A stretch of 64,000 nucleotides of DNA from IMG/VR virus record IMGVR_UViG_3300028045_000001, positions 1 through 64,000 of that record. One strand, written 5' to 3'. Source of the DNA: a virus. The translations under genes and the position numbers were made by a program. Shown one piece after another: positions 1 through 10,379 of the stretch; position 1 is the first letter of the stretch; every line of letters starts with the position of its first letter. The notes below the pieces were generated by a model. It did no database searches. It was given only the letters and a program-made list of their open reading frames with translations, and was not told the DNA's origin.

Positions 1-5
1 CTATC

Positions 6-248
6 ATGAAAAATCTATTCGATAACGAAACCGATGATCAAAAAAGGCGAAGACTGCATATACAAGAAGATGGATTTGATCTAATGCAATTCCTCATCAA
101 TGCCTCAGATAATATGGAAGTGCGCACCCCCTCTTATAAAGAGGAGACTGCATTTTCCAAATACATTGAGGAGTATAACCTTGATGATGAGTTTAAGCAA
201 CTGGCTGAGGAATTCGGCGAGTTAGATCCAGAATTCTTTAAAGTATGA
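6..248 (+). CDS. hypothetical protein (80 aa, acidic)
   Basis: Complete ATG-to-stop ORF on the same strand as its neighbours. No recognisable motif. Confidence 0.4.
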   Translation: MKNLFDNETDDQKRRRLHIQEDGFDLMQFLINASDNMEVRTPSYKEETAFSKYIEEYNLDDEFKQLAEEFGELDPEFFKV

Positions 249-291
249 AGTATATCCATAACTCCGAACTTGTTGAGGTTAGAGATTAAAT

Positions 292-2286
292 ATGTTCTTT
301 AAAAAAATCACTCAGGCTGGTAATAAGATCATCATAAAGGGATTTCCTATTCGATCGTTTAGTGTTAGATTGAGTAGGAGATATAAGACCAGTAGGCTCA
401 AACATCTATATGAGTCCCTAGGTGTCTCCTTTGGGGGCAAAGGCACTATCAAGATACATGTTTTCTTTTTACCTGAACTTGTCTACTTACTTCGTAGGAT
501 GAACTTTCCGGTACGACTTATACAAGAGATAATCAACAATACCTGGCTAAATAAAGTAGATGAAGAGATTAAGAACAGGGTTGATATAAGTCGTATTAAA
601 AAAGAGATGCATTGTACTCCGTTGCATTATCAATTGGAATTTTTAAATAAGTATGATTTATACAAACAACAATACCAATTGTTTGGTTATCTACTGAGCC
701 TTGATCAAGGACTTGGCAAGACATTAACTGCACTCATGTTGATGACTTGCCTTAGGAAAAAGATAGTTATTATTGTAGCACCCAATAATACACTCAATAC
801 TGTATGGGTAGCACATATAAAGGAATGGTATAAGTCTGAGAAGAAGATCTTCGTTGCCAATGAAGGTAAAGAATTAGATACTTCGTACGACTATTACATT
901 TTCAATTATGAGGCTATCCCCAAATTGGACCCTCTCGTTAGGATGCTTCGCGGAAGGGGAAAAGAGATAGGAATTATTATCGATGAGAGTCATAATTTCT
1001 TACGATTAGAAGCCGCCAGAACAACCAATGTAGTGGAGCTTCGTAGGAACCTTAACTGCGAAGATATGTTACCCATGTCTGGCACTCCATTAAAAAATGC
1101 TGGGTTGGAAATCATTCCGATACTTCTAATGATAGACAAGTATTTTGATGCTGAGGCAATGGCGATATTCAAAAAAGCATTTGGATTGAATACTAATATC
1201 GGTACAGACATACTAAGTGCCCGTCTTAGTACTATGATGTATAGGAAGATCAAAGAAGATGTTATCAAGCTCCCACAAAAAACAGAGGAGATCCGTAAGA
1301 TAAAAATGCGTACAGGGAAAGAGTACACATTCGCCGTAATTAGAAAAGAAATAAAGGAATTTATAGCTGATCGACTTAAATACCATAATGCTCGAAAAGG
1401 CAAATACGAGTCTGACTTCTACAGCGTCATGGACTATTTGCGCAAGCTTCCAAAATTTAAAAACGATCCTGAGTTTAAATTTTATCTGGATACCATAGCG
1501 GACTTTCAGACTCGTGATGTTAGCATGATGAACCCGAATGATGCTGAGTTAGTTAAGCGGGTGAATGAGTATGAAAAACATATCATTATCCCAGCGCTCC
1601 CAGCAGAATACAAAAAAAAGTTCAATAGTTCTAAGGCTGCTGTGAAGTACCTCATGCTTAAAATAAATGGTGAGGTGATAGGTAGCTACCTAATGGGTAA
1701 GCGCATAAAGATGACAACTGAATTAGCAGAGGCTGCGAACCTAACTGGCATAGTCGATGAATCAATTAAGAAGACAGTTTTCTTTACATCGTATGTTAAC
1801 ACAATAGAAACCGTGCAGTTGTACTTTGTAAAGCGTGGGTATAAGGTAATTGCGGTTTATGGAAAAACCTCATCTCAAGTAAAAGAAATGGTTCATAATT
1901 TTCAAACCAATGAAAAAGCCAATCCCATGGTCGCCAGTATTGATATGATGGCCACTGGTGTAACATTGACTGCAGCATCGACTGTTGCATTTTTAAATAG
2001 ACCATTTAGAGATATCCATAAAAGGCAGGCCTCCGACAGGATACATCGCATCGGACAAGATACTGATTGTACGATAATCATCATTGAATTAGATACTGGG
2101 GATAAATATAATCTATCCACCAGAATGGCGGACATCCTGCAAGAAAGTAAGATATTTTTTGACAGCGTTGTTGCTGGCACTACTGTCCAAGAAAAAATAG
2201 AAATAATAATAAATCTTGATGGCAACTATCATAAGGGTAAGGCTGCGATAAAAGCAAAGCGAGAACCCGATGAGGTGGTGGTTTAA
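292..2286 (+). CDS. SNF2/Rad54-family helicase (DEAD/H-like ATPase)
   Basis: 664-aa ORF with helicase motifs in canonical order: LDQGLGKT (I), IIIDESH (II, DExH), MSGTPLKN (III), QASDRIHRIGQ (VI). The exact start is uncertain. Confidence 0.85.
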   Translation: MFFKKITQAGNKIIIKGFPIRSFSVRLSRRYKTSRLKHLYESLGVSFGGKGTIKIHVFFLPELVYLLRRMNFPVRLIQEIINNTWLNKVDEEIKNRVDISRIKKEMHCTPLHYQLEFLNKYDLYKQQYQLFGYLLSLDQGLGKTLTALMLMTCLRKKIVIIVAPNNTLNTVWVAHIKEWYKSEKKIFVANEGKELDTSYDYYIFNYEAIPKLDPLVRMLRGRGKEIGIIIDESHNFLRLEAARTTNVVELRRNLNCEDMLPMSGTPLKNAGLEIIPILLMIDKYFDAEAMAIFKKAFGLNTNIGTDILSARLSTMMYRKIKEDVIKLPQKTEEIRKIKMRTGKEYTFAVIRKEIKEFIADRLKYHNARKGKYESDFYSVMDYLRKLPKFKNDPEFKFYLDTIADFQTRDVSMMNPNDAELVKRVNEYEKHIIIPALPAEYKKKFNSSKAAVKYLMLKINGEVIGSYLMGKRIKMTTELAEAANLTGIVDESIKKTVFFTSYVNTIETVQLYFVKRGYKVIAVYGKTSSQVKEMVHNFQTNEKANPMVASIDMMATGVTLTAASTVAFLNRPFRDIHKRQASDRIHRIGQDTDCTIIIIELDTGDKYNLSTRMADILQESKIFFDSVVAGTTVQEKIEIIINLDGNYHKGKAAIKAKREPDEVVV

Positions 2287-2335
2287 ATTTAGATGGCTGA
2301 CCTCAATGAAGTTACAAATATAGGAGCTTATCTGT

Positions 2336-3355
2336 ATGGCTAAAAATATAATTGAAAAGATCCGGTCTATTGCGCCAAGCATAGGCGATATCGTGCTTGA
2401 AGATCGGGACTTAGGTGTCAACAATGACATAATCGAATTGATGGCTATCCAAGAAAACATTACAACGTTATATGACTTAAGGGAGAATATAGAAAAGTAC
2501 GGATTCACCCAACAGATAGCAGATTATGCAAAACAGATCGGCTGTATGGAGTTGTTTAACGACACAACAGTATCTCTTCAGAGTTTTATTGATGTTGGCG
2601 ATGATGCAGATGCCACAAAAGAGATAGTGTTAAATGGGATCGGCGGAGCCATTAAAACTGGTGCAGAAAAAATCAGAAAGCTTATCGCAGCTATAATAGT
2701 CAGGTTCAAATCACTGTTTAAAAGCGAGACCGCATGGGAGAAGTACACTAATGAGTTAGAAATTATAGGAGAGGAGTTATTCGAAAAGTTTGATTGGGGG
2801 AAAATTAACCCATTTTCAGTTGGAATAGCCCGTGTTATAAAAATGCCTGTAAGTATAAACTTTCATAAGGCCATATTGTCTTGGGATCCAAGGGAGCTAA
2901 TAAATTTATTTGACCCAACCAGGGTAACGACAACTGCGGATATCCCAAACACTATGAAGGTATGCGATGCCCTCTACATCATTGTTGCTAATAATTTAGG
3001 CACTATCTCATATGACAAATCTCTTGAAAAACAAAAGATCGATAAGCCTACATTCGGGGATCTTAAATTTAAGCGACACTTCAAAGATTATTATTCTGCT
3101 GTAAGTGACTCGGTGGAACATATGAAATCATTGAACACATACGCTAGTGAGATAGTTGGAGCCGTAGAGGAGTTTAAAGACGATCTACGAAAATTAACTG
3201 ACGAGGAGTTGGTTAAAAGGATTAGATATAAAACCCTCGTTGAGATTTGGCTGCTAAATGAACTAACGAATAATATAGTCAAGCTTGCCAGCATCGACAC
3301 TGCAGTTGCTATCGCTATATTCAAGTCACTCATAAAAGTTAGCAAGAAAGGGTAA
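2336..3355 (+). CDS. paralog family A protein (probable virion/internal protein), copy 1
   Basis: AGGAG lies 9 nt upstream. Shares the block VSLQSFIDVGDDADATKEIVLNGIGG plus a following K-rich helix with the ORFs at 3378, 35714 and 38822. Confidence 0.6.
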   Translation: MAKNIIEKIRSIAPSIGDIVLEDRDLGVNNDIIELMAIQENITTLYDLRENIEKYGFTQQIADYAKQIGCMELFNDTTVSLQSFIDVGDDADATKEIVLNGIGGAIKTGAEKIRKLIAAIIVRFKSLFKSETAWEKYTNELEIIGEELFEKFDWGKINPFSVGIARVIKMPVSINFHKAILSWDPRELINLFDPTRVTTTADIPNTMKVCDALYIIVANNLGTISYDKSLEKQKIDKPTFGDLKFKRHFKDYYSAVSDSVEHMKSLNTYASEIVGAVEEFKDDLRKLTDEELVKRIRYKTLVEIWLLNELTNNIVKLASIDTAVAIAIFKSLIKVSKKG

Positions 3356-3377
3356 CCCACCTACTACGGAGATACTA

Positions 3378-4550
3378 ATGATGCGATCAATAATACCACA
3401 CTTGACAAAAGACTATAGCGTCTACGAAACACCCAATGCTCACCTAATTGAATTAAGTGAGATTCTGGAGGAAGTGCGACAAGATAAAAGAGAGGAGCTA
3501 AAGTTACAAAAAGAATTAGGGGAAATTGAACATCTAAAGGATACAATTAAGGAATTTGGTTTAACACCCTCTTTGGCTAAATATCTTAAATTAAATGGCG
3601 GAGATGCGCTATTTAATCCAGACCATGGGATATCGTTAAAGGGATATATTGATGATTTATATTCTATGGAAGCCACTCAAGAAATAGTTATGAGCGGGCT
3701 ATCCGATACAATAGGTGGTATTCGTCAAAGAATTAAAGATAGAGTTGGTGCGATAAAAAAAAAGTGGTCAGATTTTATAAAGGGAAAATGGGCACTACAG
3801 GCTGAAGGAATATTGGAGTATATAAAAAAGGTTAGATTCATTTTACAGAATGATTTCGATTGGAGTTCCGTCGAAGATAAGAAAATGGAAGCCGTCGTTC
3901 ATCCGAAAGATATACTTGCTTATTTTCAAAAACACAGCGATTATGATGCATCTCCCTGGACGCAATTAATTAATGATATGTTGGTACAATTCGACAATTC
4001 TGTCCCACATGCTAAGGCGTTAGATGCAACGCAATTGAATAAATTAATTGGGTCGTTCAAAGATATCATTACTATAAAAATTGATAGTAAAGTATGGTGT
4101 GGGGCAACGGTGTCTCCTACAAAAAAATACGAGGTGAATGGACCCCTAACTTTAAAAAATGTCAAACTAAAAAATTTAGCTATCAGAAAGCATGCATTGT
4201 CTTTATTGGAATCTATAGAGGGTATATACCGAGGCCTTCTGCCTCCTCAGGCTGAATTAAACGAAAGGTACCCCGACTCCAGTACTATTCCGGTGGCGGT
4301 AACTAATTTTTCGTCTTTTTACGATGCAGTAGCAAAATATTATAAAAAAATGCAGGACCGGTATGTATGGGCCGGCGACCCAGACAAGAAGGACTTCGAA
4401 CGTGCAGCCGCATTGTCTCTTGAAAGTATAGTAGTTATGCAGGGTAACTTTGATTATTGGGTCACAGAGCTTTTGCTCAATTATATAAAACATGGTCTGT
4501 CCATATTTCAAAAACTCACAACCGAAGAATTTACACTTTACGAACAATGA
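3378..4550 (+). CDS. paralog family A protein, copy 2
   Basis: Contains ISLKGYIDDLYSMEATQEIVMSGLSD, homologous to the family A signature. Sits in tandem with copy 1. Confidence 0.6.
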   Translation: MMRSIIPHLTKDYSVYETPNAHLIELSEILEEVRQDKREELKLQKELGEIEHLKDTIKEFGLTPSLAKYLKLNGGDALFNPDHGISLKGYIDDLYSMEATQEIVMSGLSDTIGGIRQRIKDRVGAIKKKWSDFIKGKWALQAEGILEYIKKVRFILQNDFDWSSVEDKKMEAVVHPKDILAYFQKHSDYDASPWTQLINDMLVQFDNSVPHAKALDATQLNKLIGSFKDIITIKIDSKVWCGATVSPTKKYEVNGPLTLKNVKLKNLAIRKHALSLLESIEGIYRGLLPPQAELNERYPDSSTIPVAVTNFSSFYDAVAKYYKKMQDRYVWAGDPDKKDFERAAALSLESIVVMQGNFDYWVTELLLNYIKHGLSIFQKLTTEEFTLYEQ

Positions 4551-4605
4551 AGCATACGGCATCTTTTTTTAATTAGTTTAAACGTTTGTTTATATTTAAT
4601 CACCT

Positions 4606-4646
4606 ACACCCACGGGAGAGACCTCCCGTGGGTGTATTATTTTTAT
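4606..4646 (+). terminator. intrinsic terminator hairpin
   Basis: Perfect 13-bp stem ACACCCACGGGAG/CTCCCGTGGGTGT with a 4-nt loop, followed by a T-rich tract. Confidence 0.75.
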
Positions 4647-4665
4647 TCCTCAATACTTTTTTATT

Positions 4666-4675
4666 TATATATTAC
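4666..4675 (+). promoter_or_regulatory. phage early-promoter-like motif TATATATTAC
   Basis: Exact copy of the recurrent motif, preceded by a T tract and a terminator. It lies 109 nt upstream of the ATG at 4775. Confidence 0.55.
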
Positions 4676-4774
4676 TGTAATAGTACATATAGTAATTTTA
4701 GTTTTATTAATCTAATAGGGTTTGGGGGTATAGGTGTCGTGAATAGCGCAGCGTTAGATCAAAGTGAGTTCAAT

Positions 4775-5398
4775 ATGAAACACATCCAGGAATCATTGCC
4801 AGCCCAAGGCAAGCCTAAATTTATTTGTAGGATATGGCGTGATGGGGGAATGGTATTCTATAGGACGTTCGAATATGATGCTCAAAATAAAGAGCAGCAG
4901 AGAATTGTTGCACAAAAAACGGTTAGGGCTTTTTTAACTGACCGCAACGAAGCACATACTCTACTGAAAGGGAGCAACTTTAGAAAGTTTCGCACATCTA
5001 CATCGGCACGTAGTAAGTACGATCAAGTGGGGGTATTTCGAAGTATGGGCTCCAAGCGACGATCCCCTTCTTACTCTGGCCATATCAGTTATGACAAACT
5101 ACATATAGCGATATCGTACTCTGAGAAATTTTTTAGTGAGCCCCTTGCGTACGAACTCGCAGTGAAGACTGCTAAAATGTTAAGAGTATACTTTAGTATA
5201 AAGGACGATAGTGATGAGCATGTAGAAAAATTATGGGAGTATCAATCCTTTAAAGCAGCCCGTAAAAATTTTAGAAAAATGGAAACTAAGCAACAGGCGA
5301 TAGAAGAGATCGTGGACAAATTAGAAGAATTAATAGCCTATTGTGATGAGCGGAGGAGTAACGATGTTAAGAGTAGAGAGAAAAGTACAATTGATTGA
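4775..5398 (+). CDS. hypothetical protein
   Basis: The tracked ORF (4586) starts inside the terminator/promoter cassette, so I used the first ATG downstream of the motif (MKHIQESL). No secure motif. Confidence 0.5.
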   Translation: MKHIQESLPAQGKPKFICRIWRDGGMVFYRTFEYDAQNKEQQRIVAQKTVRAFLTDRNEAHTLLKGSNFRKFRTSTSARSKYDQVGVFRSMGSKRRSPSYSGHISYDKLHIAISYSEKFFSEPLAYELAVKTAKMLRVYFSIKDDSDEHVEKLWEYQSFKAARKNFRKMETKQQAIEEIVDKLEELIAYCDERRSNDVKSREKSTID

Positions 5399-6458
5399 AT
5401 TCCCAATTGTAGTTGATAATGGAACTGAATGGATTATTAAGAAAGGCGTTAGGTCTGAAAATTTCGTAAGGAATTGCGAATGCCCATCTGATCAAAATCC
5501 AACTCCTGAATGTGGGGAGTGGATTTCAACTAATTTAATAAATGGAGCAGATTATTTTGAGATGTATCATCACTATGTTGATTTTACAGTAAAGAAAAAT
5601 ACTCAGGATATCATATCAGCATGTCCGCTGATATCCGCACCATCTGCATATAATCCAGACAGCCCATCTAATTTATTAGACTATACCATCGAAGCATTAT
5701 GCGTCACAGATGTGATACCAAAAAAGACTTATGCGGGGGATGGGTATATCGGAGACCTATTTTTATATACAATAGAAATAGCGAATAACCATAGGTACGA
5801 TCCAAAAGAAGGAGCTAATTCGAAAAGGCCTCTGTCATACAAAGTATTAGTTGATGAAAAAAAATTATTCGAATGTGAGCCGATTGATTGTTCACTTACC
5901 GGACACAGGTTATGTATTAAAGACAACGACGAAGACCCCTATCAAATAGGCGCGGGTCACTGTTGCGATATGCAGTACCTTGGACACGAAGTGCACGATA
6001 ACTACATTAACGATCATAGTACAATCTGGTGTAGAGTAATGAATGGTGTCAACGATCACTCTATAGTGGGGTATTATCATGACGGTATTTTCTATAAATT
6101 AAAAAGCTTTAGTACATCGTCATCTACATTGTTTGGAGAACTTATTCCAGGTAACGGCAAACTCATCAACGATAGCAACGATGGCGAACACTCTGTGCGC
6201 GTCACAGGAAACCATGTGATCTTATGCTACAAAGATACTTTACATGTAGAACAAAACAAGGCGTTTTTAAATGGTGAGATTGTATGCGATGGGACACTCG
6301 CAAAAGATAAGGATGCGTGGGGAATACTATCCGACGACTATAGTCCGGGTTGGAAAAGGGGAGTTGTGAAATTGTTTCCAGATATAATTAGAATTGAAAC
6401 GATCAATGTATCGGTACTCTTAGAAACAAGGGGTGCTTACACAGTCACATTTCGTTAA
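5364..6458 (+). CDS. hypothetical Cys/His-rich protein
   Basis: GGAGG lies 7 nt upstream of the ATG at 5364 (MLRVERK). The gene overlaps the end of the upstream gene. No recognised family. Confidence 0.55.
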   Translation: MLRVERKVQLIEFPIVVDNGTEWIIKKGVRSENFVRNCECPSDQNPTPECGEWISTNLINGADYFEMYHHYVDFTVKKNTQDIISACPLISAPSAYNPDSPSNLLDYTIEALCVTDVIPKKTYAGDGYIGDLFLYTIEIANNHRYDPKEGANSKRPLSYKVLVDEKKLFECEPIDCSLTGHRLCIKDNDEDPYQIGAGHCCDMQYLGHEVHDNYINDHSTIWCRVMNGVNDHSIVGYYHDGIFYKLKSFSTSSSTLFGELIPGNGKLINDSNDGEHSVRVTGNHVILCYKDTLHVEQNKAFLNGEIVCDGTLAKDKDAWGILSDDYSPGWKRGVVKLFPDIIRIETINVSVLLETRGAYTVTFR

Positions 6459-6490
6459 TACATTACAGATAACTAAATACGGAGATTGGT

Positions 6491-6832
6491 ATGATACAAG
6501 GCGTACACATTTTAAGTCACCTAATTGGAGATTTTTTATTACAGAATGATTGGATGGCCAAACATAAAAAAGAATCCAGTCTTATTTGCTTTATTCATGC
6601 AGCTTGTTACATGATTCCATTTTTGTTGTTTTGTAACTTGAGTTTAATGCAATCTCTTCTTATAGGTCTCCAGCATTTTATTCAAGATAGAACTTATATA
6701 GTTAACTACTTTATGACCATTGCAGGAAAATCGGAATTTGCTAAACCGCCACTAAGTCCTTGGTCTATATTTGTCGTAGATAATACTTTTCATCTTTTAT
6801 TTATTCAATTAATTTTAATGTTTGTAATTTAA
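6491..6832 (+). CDS. small membrane protein, DUF3307-like
   Basis: The N-terminal HLIGDFLLQNDWMAKHK matches my recollection of the DUF3307 signature (H..DF.LQ..WMA..K). Has 3-4 hydrophobic segments. Confidence 0.45.
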   Translation: MIQGVHILSHLIGDFLLQNDWMAKHKKESSLICFIHAACYMIPFLLFCNLSLMQSLLIGLQHFIQDRTYIVNYFMTIAGKSEFAKPPLSPWSIFVVDNTFHLLFIQLILMFVI

Positions 6833-6835
6833 CTA

Positions 6836-6858
6836 CGAGGTGGACTGAGCCCACCTCG
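6836..6858 (+). terminator. hairpin after the membrane-protein gene
   Basis: CGAGGTGG / CCACCTCG 8-bp stem with a 7-nt loop, directly after the stop codon. The T tract is weak. Confidence 0.45.
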
Positions 6859-6922
6859 TTAGAAAAACAGAGTGTTGTATTTGATGCCAGTAATTAATTT
6901 TTAAATAGCAAGGGAGATCTCT

Positions 6923-7486
6923 ATGGCGTACTACTATTGTGAAAAGTGTGGCAATTTAATCGAATCGAGAACGGCTATAGTGAATTGTCAAAATACAGAC
7001 TGTTTAAATTCACAATCCTCTGTAGACATGTATCAGATTGATGATTTATTTGTGGAATTAATTACAGGATTACATAGCCGAGGGATCCCAACTACCGGCT
7101 GTTGTTCTGGACACATCCATAATGTTACAGAACTCATTAACCCATATGTTGCTTTTAAAGTTGACAATATACATGAAGACTATGTCAGAGAATTATTTAT
7201 ACCAGAAATGAATAATCTCATCTCGGAAGAATATGTGTTTAGCGTCGTACCACACAATAAGGAAGGGGGCACGTTCATTGTAAAATTAGGAGTAGTTCGT
7301 AGAGATGAGTCATATATTAAAAACAGCTTAACTCTAACTCTTTTAACCCACATAAATAATTTTTATAAATTTCTTCATATGCAACAAGTGACGACTGATT
7401 TAGATCTATTAACTACTACACAGAGTAAACGCGATTATGGAACTTATAATGCGGCCGGAGGCATACATGATCCAATTACACGATGA
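6923..7486 (+). CDS. Zn-ribbon / CCSGH-motif family protein, copy 1
   Basis: N-terminal CEKCG...C..TDC zinc ribbon, then IDDLFVELITGLHSRGIPTTGCCSGH. The same architecture occurs at 10510 and 11067. Confidence 0.6.
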   Translation: MAYYYCEKCGNLIESRTAIVNCQNTDCLNSQSSVDMYQIDDLFVELITGLHSRGIPTTGCCSGHIHNVTELINPYVAFKVDNIHEDYVRELFIPEMNNLISEEYVFSVVPHNKEGGTFIVKLGVVRRDESYIKNSLTLTLLTHINNFYKFLHMQQVTTDLDLLTTTQSKRDYGTYNAAGGIHDPITR

Positions 7487-7742
7487 CGAATTGATATGTC
7501 CCAATTGTTTAATCAGCAACTACTTCTTTATTGGAGGTGGCTCTTGGTCCCCAGATAAATGTCCAGAGTGCCGTAGGACAGACTTGCCTGGAAGCCTTAG
7601 TTCGTACGCTACTTTATCTTTTGTAAGTAAGTTTAAAGCAGCGAAATTATTTTCTAAAATGTGGAGTTGCCACCATGGCGTGCCTGATAAATTTTCTAAT
7701 AGAAAGTTTATTATGGACAATTTATGTAAGAAGAAGAAATAA
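7467..7742 (+). CDS. small zinc-ribbon protein
   Basis: GGAGG lies 5 nt upstream of the ATG at 7467 (MIQLHDDELICPNC...CPEC). The start overlaps the end of the upstream gene. Confidence 0.5.
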   Translation: MIQLHDDELICPNCLISNYFFIGGGSWSPDKCPECRRTDLPGSLSSYATLSFVSKFKAAKLFSKMWSCHHGVPDKFSNRKFIMDNLCKKKK

Positions 7743-7823
7743 TAATTGTGTCCGGATATAACTGGAATAAAGATGATGGAAGTTAATTAGTAAGTACAAA
7801 AAAATAAAACTTAGGGGGAATAC

Positions 7824-8060
7824 ATGAAAACTGCAAACAAACCTTCATTGCAGGCTGTGGAAGCAATAAAGCATATGACCGATTTCCAAGTACAATTCAG
7901 ATGGGTGGTAGAAGATTTAGATAAACGAGCAGATCTTCTGCAAGCAAAGATGGAATTTACTAATCGAAGAACAGCATACCTTTCGCGAAAAATGAAATCT
8001 ATGGAGCGTACACTAAAAGCGCTCCGCCTAAAGCGCCTTTCCAAAAGTAATAGATGTTAA
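7824..8060 (+). CDS. hypothetical small protein (78 aa)
   Basis: Conserved upstream block AAAAAATAAAACTTAGGGGGA. Paralogous to the 50-aa ORF at 8101. Confidence 0.55.
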   Translation: MKTANKPSLQAVEAIKHMTDFQVQFRWVVEDLDKRADLLQAKMEFTNRRTAYLSRKMKSMERTLKALRLKRLSKSNRC

Positions 8061-8100
8061 GTAATTTATAAAATTTAAAAAATAAAACTTAGGAGGACAG

Positions 8101-8253
8101 ATGACAATTCATAATGAACTTCCAGCTAAGCTATTTACAGAAGCATTTATAATGCATACTGAAAACACCTTATCGCAATTTAAAGAGATATTGGATGCTC
8201 TAAGTGAACGAATGGATGTTGTGCAGGCAAGCATGGAAAAACCGATCAGATGA
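8101..8253 (+). CDS. hypothetical small protein (50 aa), truncated paralog of 7824..8060
   Basis: Not in the ORF track because it is under 60 aa. Reads [50 protein letters not shown]. Has the same upstream block AAAAAATAAAACTTAGGAGGA. Its stop overlaps the ATG at 8250 (ATGA). Confidence 0.45.
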   Translation: MTIHNELPAKLFTEAFIMHTENTLSQFKEILDALSERMDVVQASMEKPIR

Positions 8254-10379
8254 TCTCGGACCTTTCACATAGAATGGAATTAAATGAGGAGTATATGAAA
8301 AATCAAGAAACAGTAGTGATACCAACTTACGATAGCCAAATTTTATTGCAAACTGACATGGATGCATATAAGTTAGGATGCAAATGGGCAGTGTTAATAA
8401 TCAATAGTAGCTGCGAACTAAAGTTTGAAAACGAGATAAACCGTTCCGAAGCAGACGATCTCATATCCAATACAAAAAATATTATGCTACAAATACAAAC
8501 GACAATAGATAGTTTAGGTATACAAAAAACGATTGTACAAGACAACTCACTAATGGATGAACCAGGTATCATACGCGTAGCTCTCATAGATAAAGAAGAA
8601 GGCATCGTGGACGGAGATATCCCATTATGTATAGCGATATGCTCAGATGAAGATTTAATTGAAGCAGCCGGAATGTGGCTCACTATTGTGTATCGGTTAA
8701 AGATAGGGTGTGAGATTGATTACACTAAATCCGAAAAAGAACGACTCCCACATTTTGAATACCTTGCCACAGTACGACCTGCCAATGCGACAGACAAGGA
8801 AGATTCGACAATGCCAAGTACTTATATTCTCATCGCCCATGCTGTTGCGACTGCCCCTCGGAGTGAAGAGGAACTACGTAAGCATAAAGGTTCGTTTATA
8901 ACAAAGTGGCAAGGACAAAAGATTACCTTACCGTTAGATAAATCCGGAACATATGACTTCGAAATCCATTGGGGCGACGGTGCACACGATAAAGTCATAG
9001 GGTACGATCATAGTAGAATCTCACACACATATGCCGATGGCGAGGAGGTGCATACCATAACCATTTATGGGACTGTAGAAGGATTCGGGTTTGATTATTC
9101 ACCGGGGGCAGGCGTAGCGGATATACTCGATGTACTTCAGTGGGGAGATGTCAAGTTACATAACAACGGAGCTCAGTTTGCACATTGTACAAAGTTAAAG
9201 GGATTCAGTGCTAAGGATGTTCCGGATTTATCTGATGTTACCAATATGTGCGGTATGTTCGGTAAGGCTATTTCTTTCAACCAAGATATATCTAAATGGG
9301 ATGTAAGCAGTGTTACTAATATGGAGCAGATGTTCTGTTACGCCATAGTCTTCAATCAAAACATCTCCAATTGGGATGTGAGTAATGTTACTACTATGGC
9401 TGGCATGTTTAGAGGTGCCGCATCATTCAACCAAGATATATCCAAATGGGATGTAAGCGGTGTTACTAATATGAGGGATATGTTCCATGAGGATACTTCT
9501 TTCAATCAAGCCTTATCTAACTGGGATGTTAGTAGTGTTACCAATATGAACCGCATGTTTTATATGGCTACCTGTTTCAATCAGGAGATCTCTAAGTGGG
9601 ATGTTGGAAATGTTACCGATATGGATGGCATGTTCATGTATGCTGTATCCTTCAACCAAGATATCTCCAACTGGGATGTGAGTAGTGTTACTGGTATGGG
9701 TGCGATGTTCCAGCGAGCTTCATCCTTCGATCAAGACATATCCAAATGGGATGTTAGTAATGTTACCGATATGATGGACATGTTCCGTTGCGCCATAGTC
9801 TTTAACCAAGACATATCCAAATGGGATGTTAGTAGCGTAACTGATATGCAGGATATGTTCCATGCAGCTACATCCTTTAACCAGGATATCTCTAAGTGGG
9901 ATGTAAGCAGCGTAACTGATATGGAGGATATGTTCCATTCAGCTCCATACTTCAATCAGGATGTATCTAACTGGGACGTTAGTAGTGTTACTAATATGAA
10001 CGGCATGTTCCATGAAGCTAAGGCTTTCGATCAAGATATCTCCAAATGGAATGTCGGCAGTGTAACTGATATGCACGGGATGTTCCGAGGGGCTCTTTCC
10101 TTCGATCAAGCTATCTCTAACTGGGATGTGAGTAATGTTACCAACATGAGCGGGATGTTCTATAATGCTGTTCGTTTCGACAAATGTATATATAGCTGGG
10201 ATGTAAGCAAGGTCACTAATATGAGGTGTATGTTCTATGGGGCTACCTGTTTCAACCAGGATATTTCTGAGTGGGACGTGAGTAACGTCACTAATGTACA
10301 AAGCATAGTCGGGCTTGCTCCAAGTTTTAAGCGAAATCTCCCCAATTTTAAAGATTGCGCCAATGTGATAGTTAGATAA
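8250..10379 (+). CDS. BspA-like / DUF285 repeat protein with a unique ~200-aa N-terminal domain
   Basis: About 15 tandem 25-residue repeats (FNQDISxWDVSxVTxMxxMF), preceded by the typical TKWxG..ITLPL..G.YDF.I.WGDG module. Alternative start at 8295 (GAGGAG RBS). Confidence 0.8.
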   Translation: MISDLSHRMELNEEYMKNQETVVIPTYDSQILLQTDMDAYKLGCKWAVLIINSSCELKFENEINRSEADDLISNTKNIMLQIQTTIDSLGIQKTIVQDNSLMDEPGIIRVALIDKEEGIVDGDIPLCIAICSDEDLIEAAGMWLTIVYRLKIGCEIDYTKSEKERLPHFEYLATVRPANATDKEDSTMPSTYILIAHAVATAPRSEEELRKHKGSFITKWQGQKITLPLDKSGTYDFEIHWGDGAHDKVIGYDHSRISHTYADGEEVHTITIYGTVEGFGFDYSPGAGVADILDVLQWGDVKLHNNGAQFAHCTKLKGFSAKDVPDLSDVTNMCGMFGKAISFNQDISKWDVSSVTNMEQMFCYAIVFNQNISNWDVSNVTTMAGMFRGAASFNQDISKWDVSGVTNMRDMFHEDTSFNQALSNWDVSSVTNMNRMFYMATCFNQEISKWDVGNVTDMDGMFMYAVSFNQDISNWDVSSVTGMGAMFQRASSFDQDISKWDVSNVTDMMDMFRCAIVFNQDISKWDVSSVTDMQDMFHAATSFNQDISKWDVSSVTDMEDMFHSAPYFNQDVSNWDVSSVTNMNGMFHEAKAFDQDISKWNVGSVTDMHGMFRGALSFDQAISNWDVSNVTNMSGMFYNAVRFDKCIYSWDVSKVTNMRCMFYGATCFNQDISEWDVSNVTNVQSIVGLAPSFKRNLPNFKDCANVIVR
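9220..10320 (+). repeat. tandem ~75-bp coding repeats (DUF285 units)
   Basis: Periodic AAYCARGAYATHTC...TGGGATGT...GTTAC blocks are visible in the DNA. Boundaries are approximate. Confidence 0.8.

Noticed and set aside
4586-4774. N-terminal extensions of tracked ORFs that run through terminator/promoter cassettes. The tracked starts concerned are 4586, 10459, 14815, 17112, 41051 and 51983.
   Set aside because: The extended parts translate hairpin stems and T tracts and have no RBS. An in-frame ATG with a GGAGG-type RBS lies just downstream in each case, so I trimmed the starts.
4775-5398. Possible AP2-like DNA-binding repeats in ORF 4775 (GVFRSMGS...GHISYDKLHIAISY and RIWRDGGMVFYRTFEY).
   Set aside because: The resemblance to the AP2/integrase DNA-binding strand pattern is too weak to call by eye. 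I left the ORF as hypothetical.
9720-10301. Minus-strand ORFs (9720..9938, 9731..9955, 9939..10301) antisense to the BspA-like gene. Similar ones lie at 20804..21032 and 63619..63927.
   Set aside because: They are periodic artefacts of the 75-bp coding repeats. They have no RBS, their composition mirrors the sense repeats, and they are fully embedded in a well-supported plus-strand gene.
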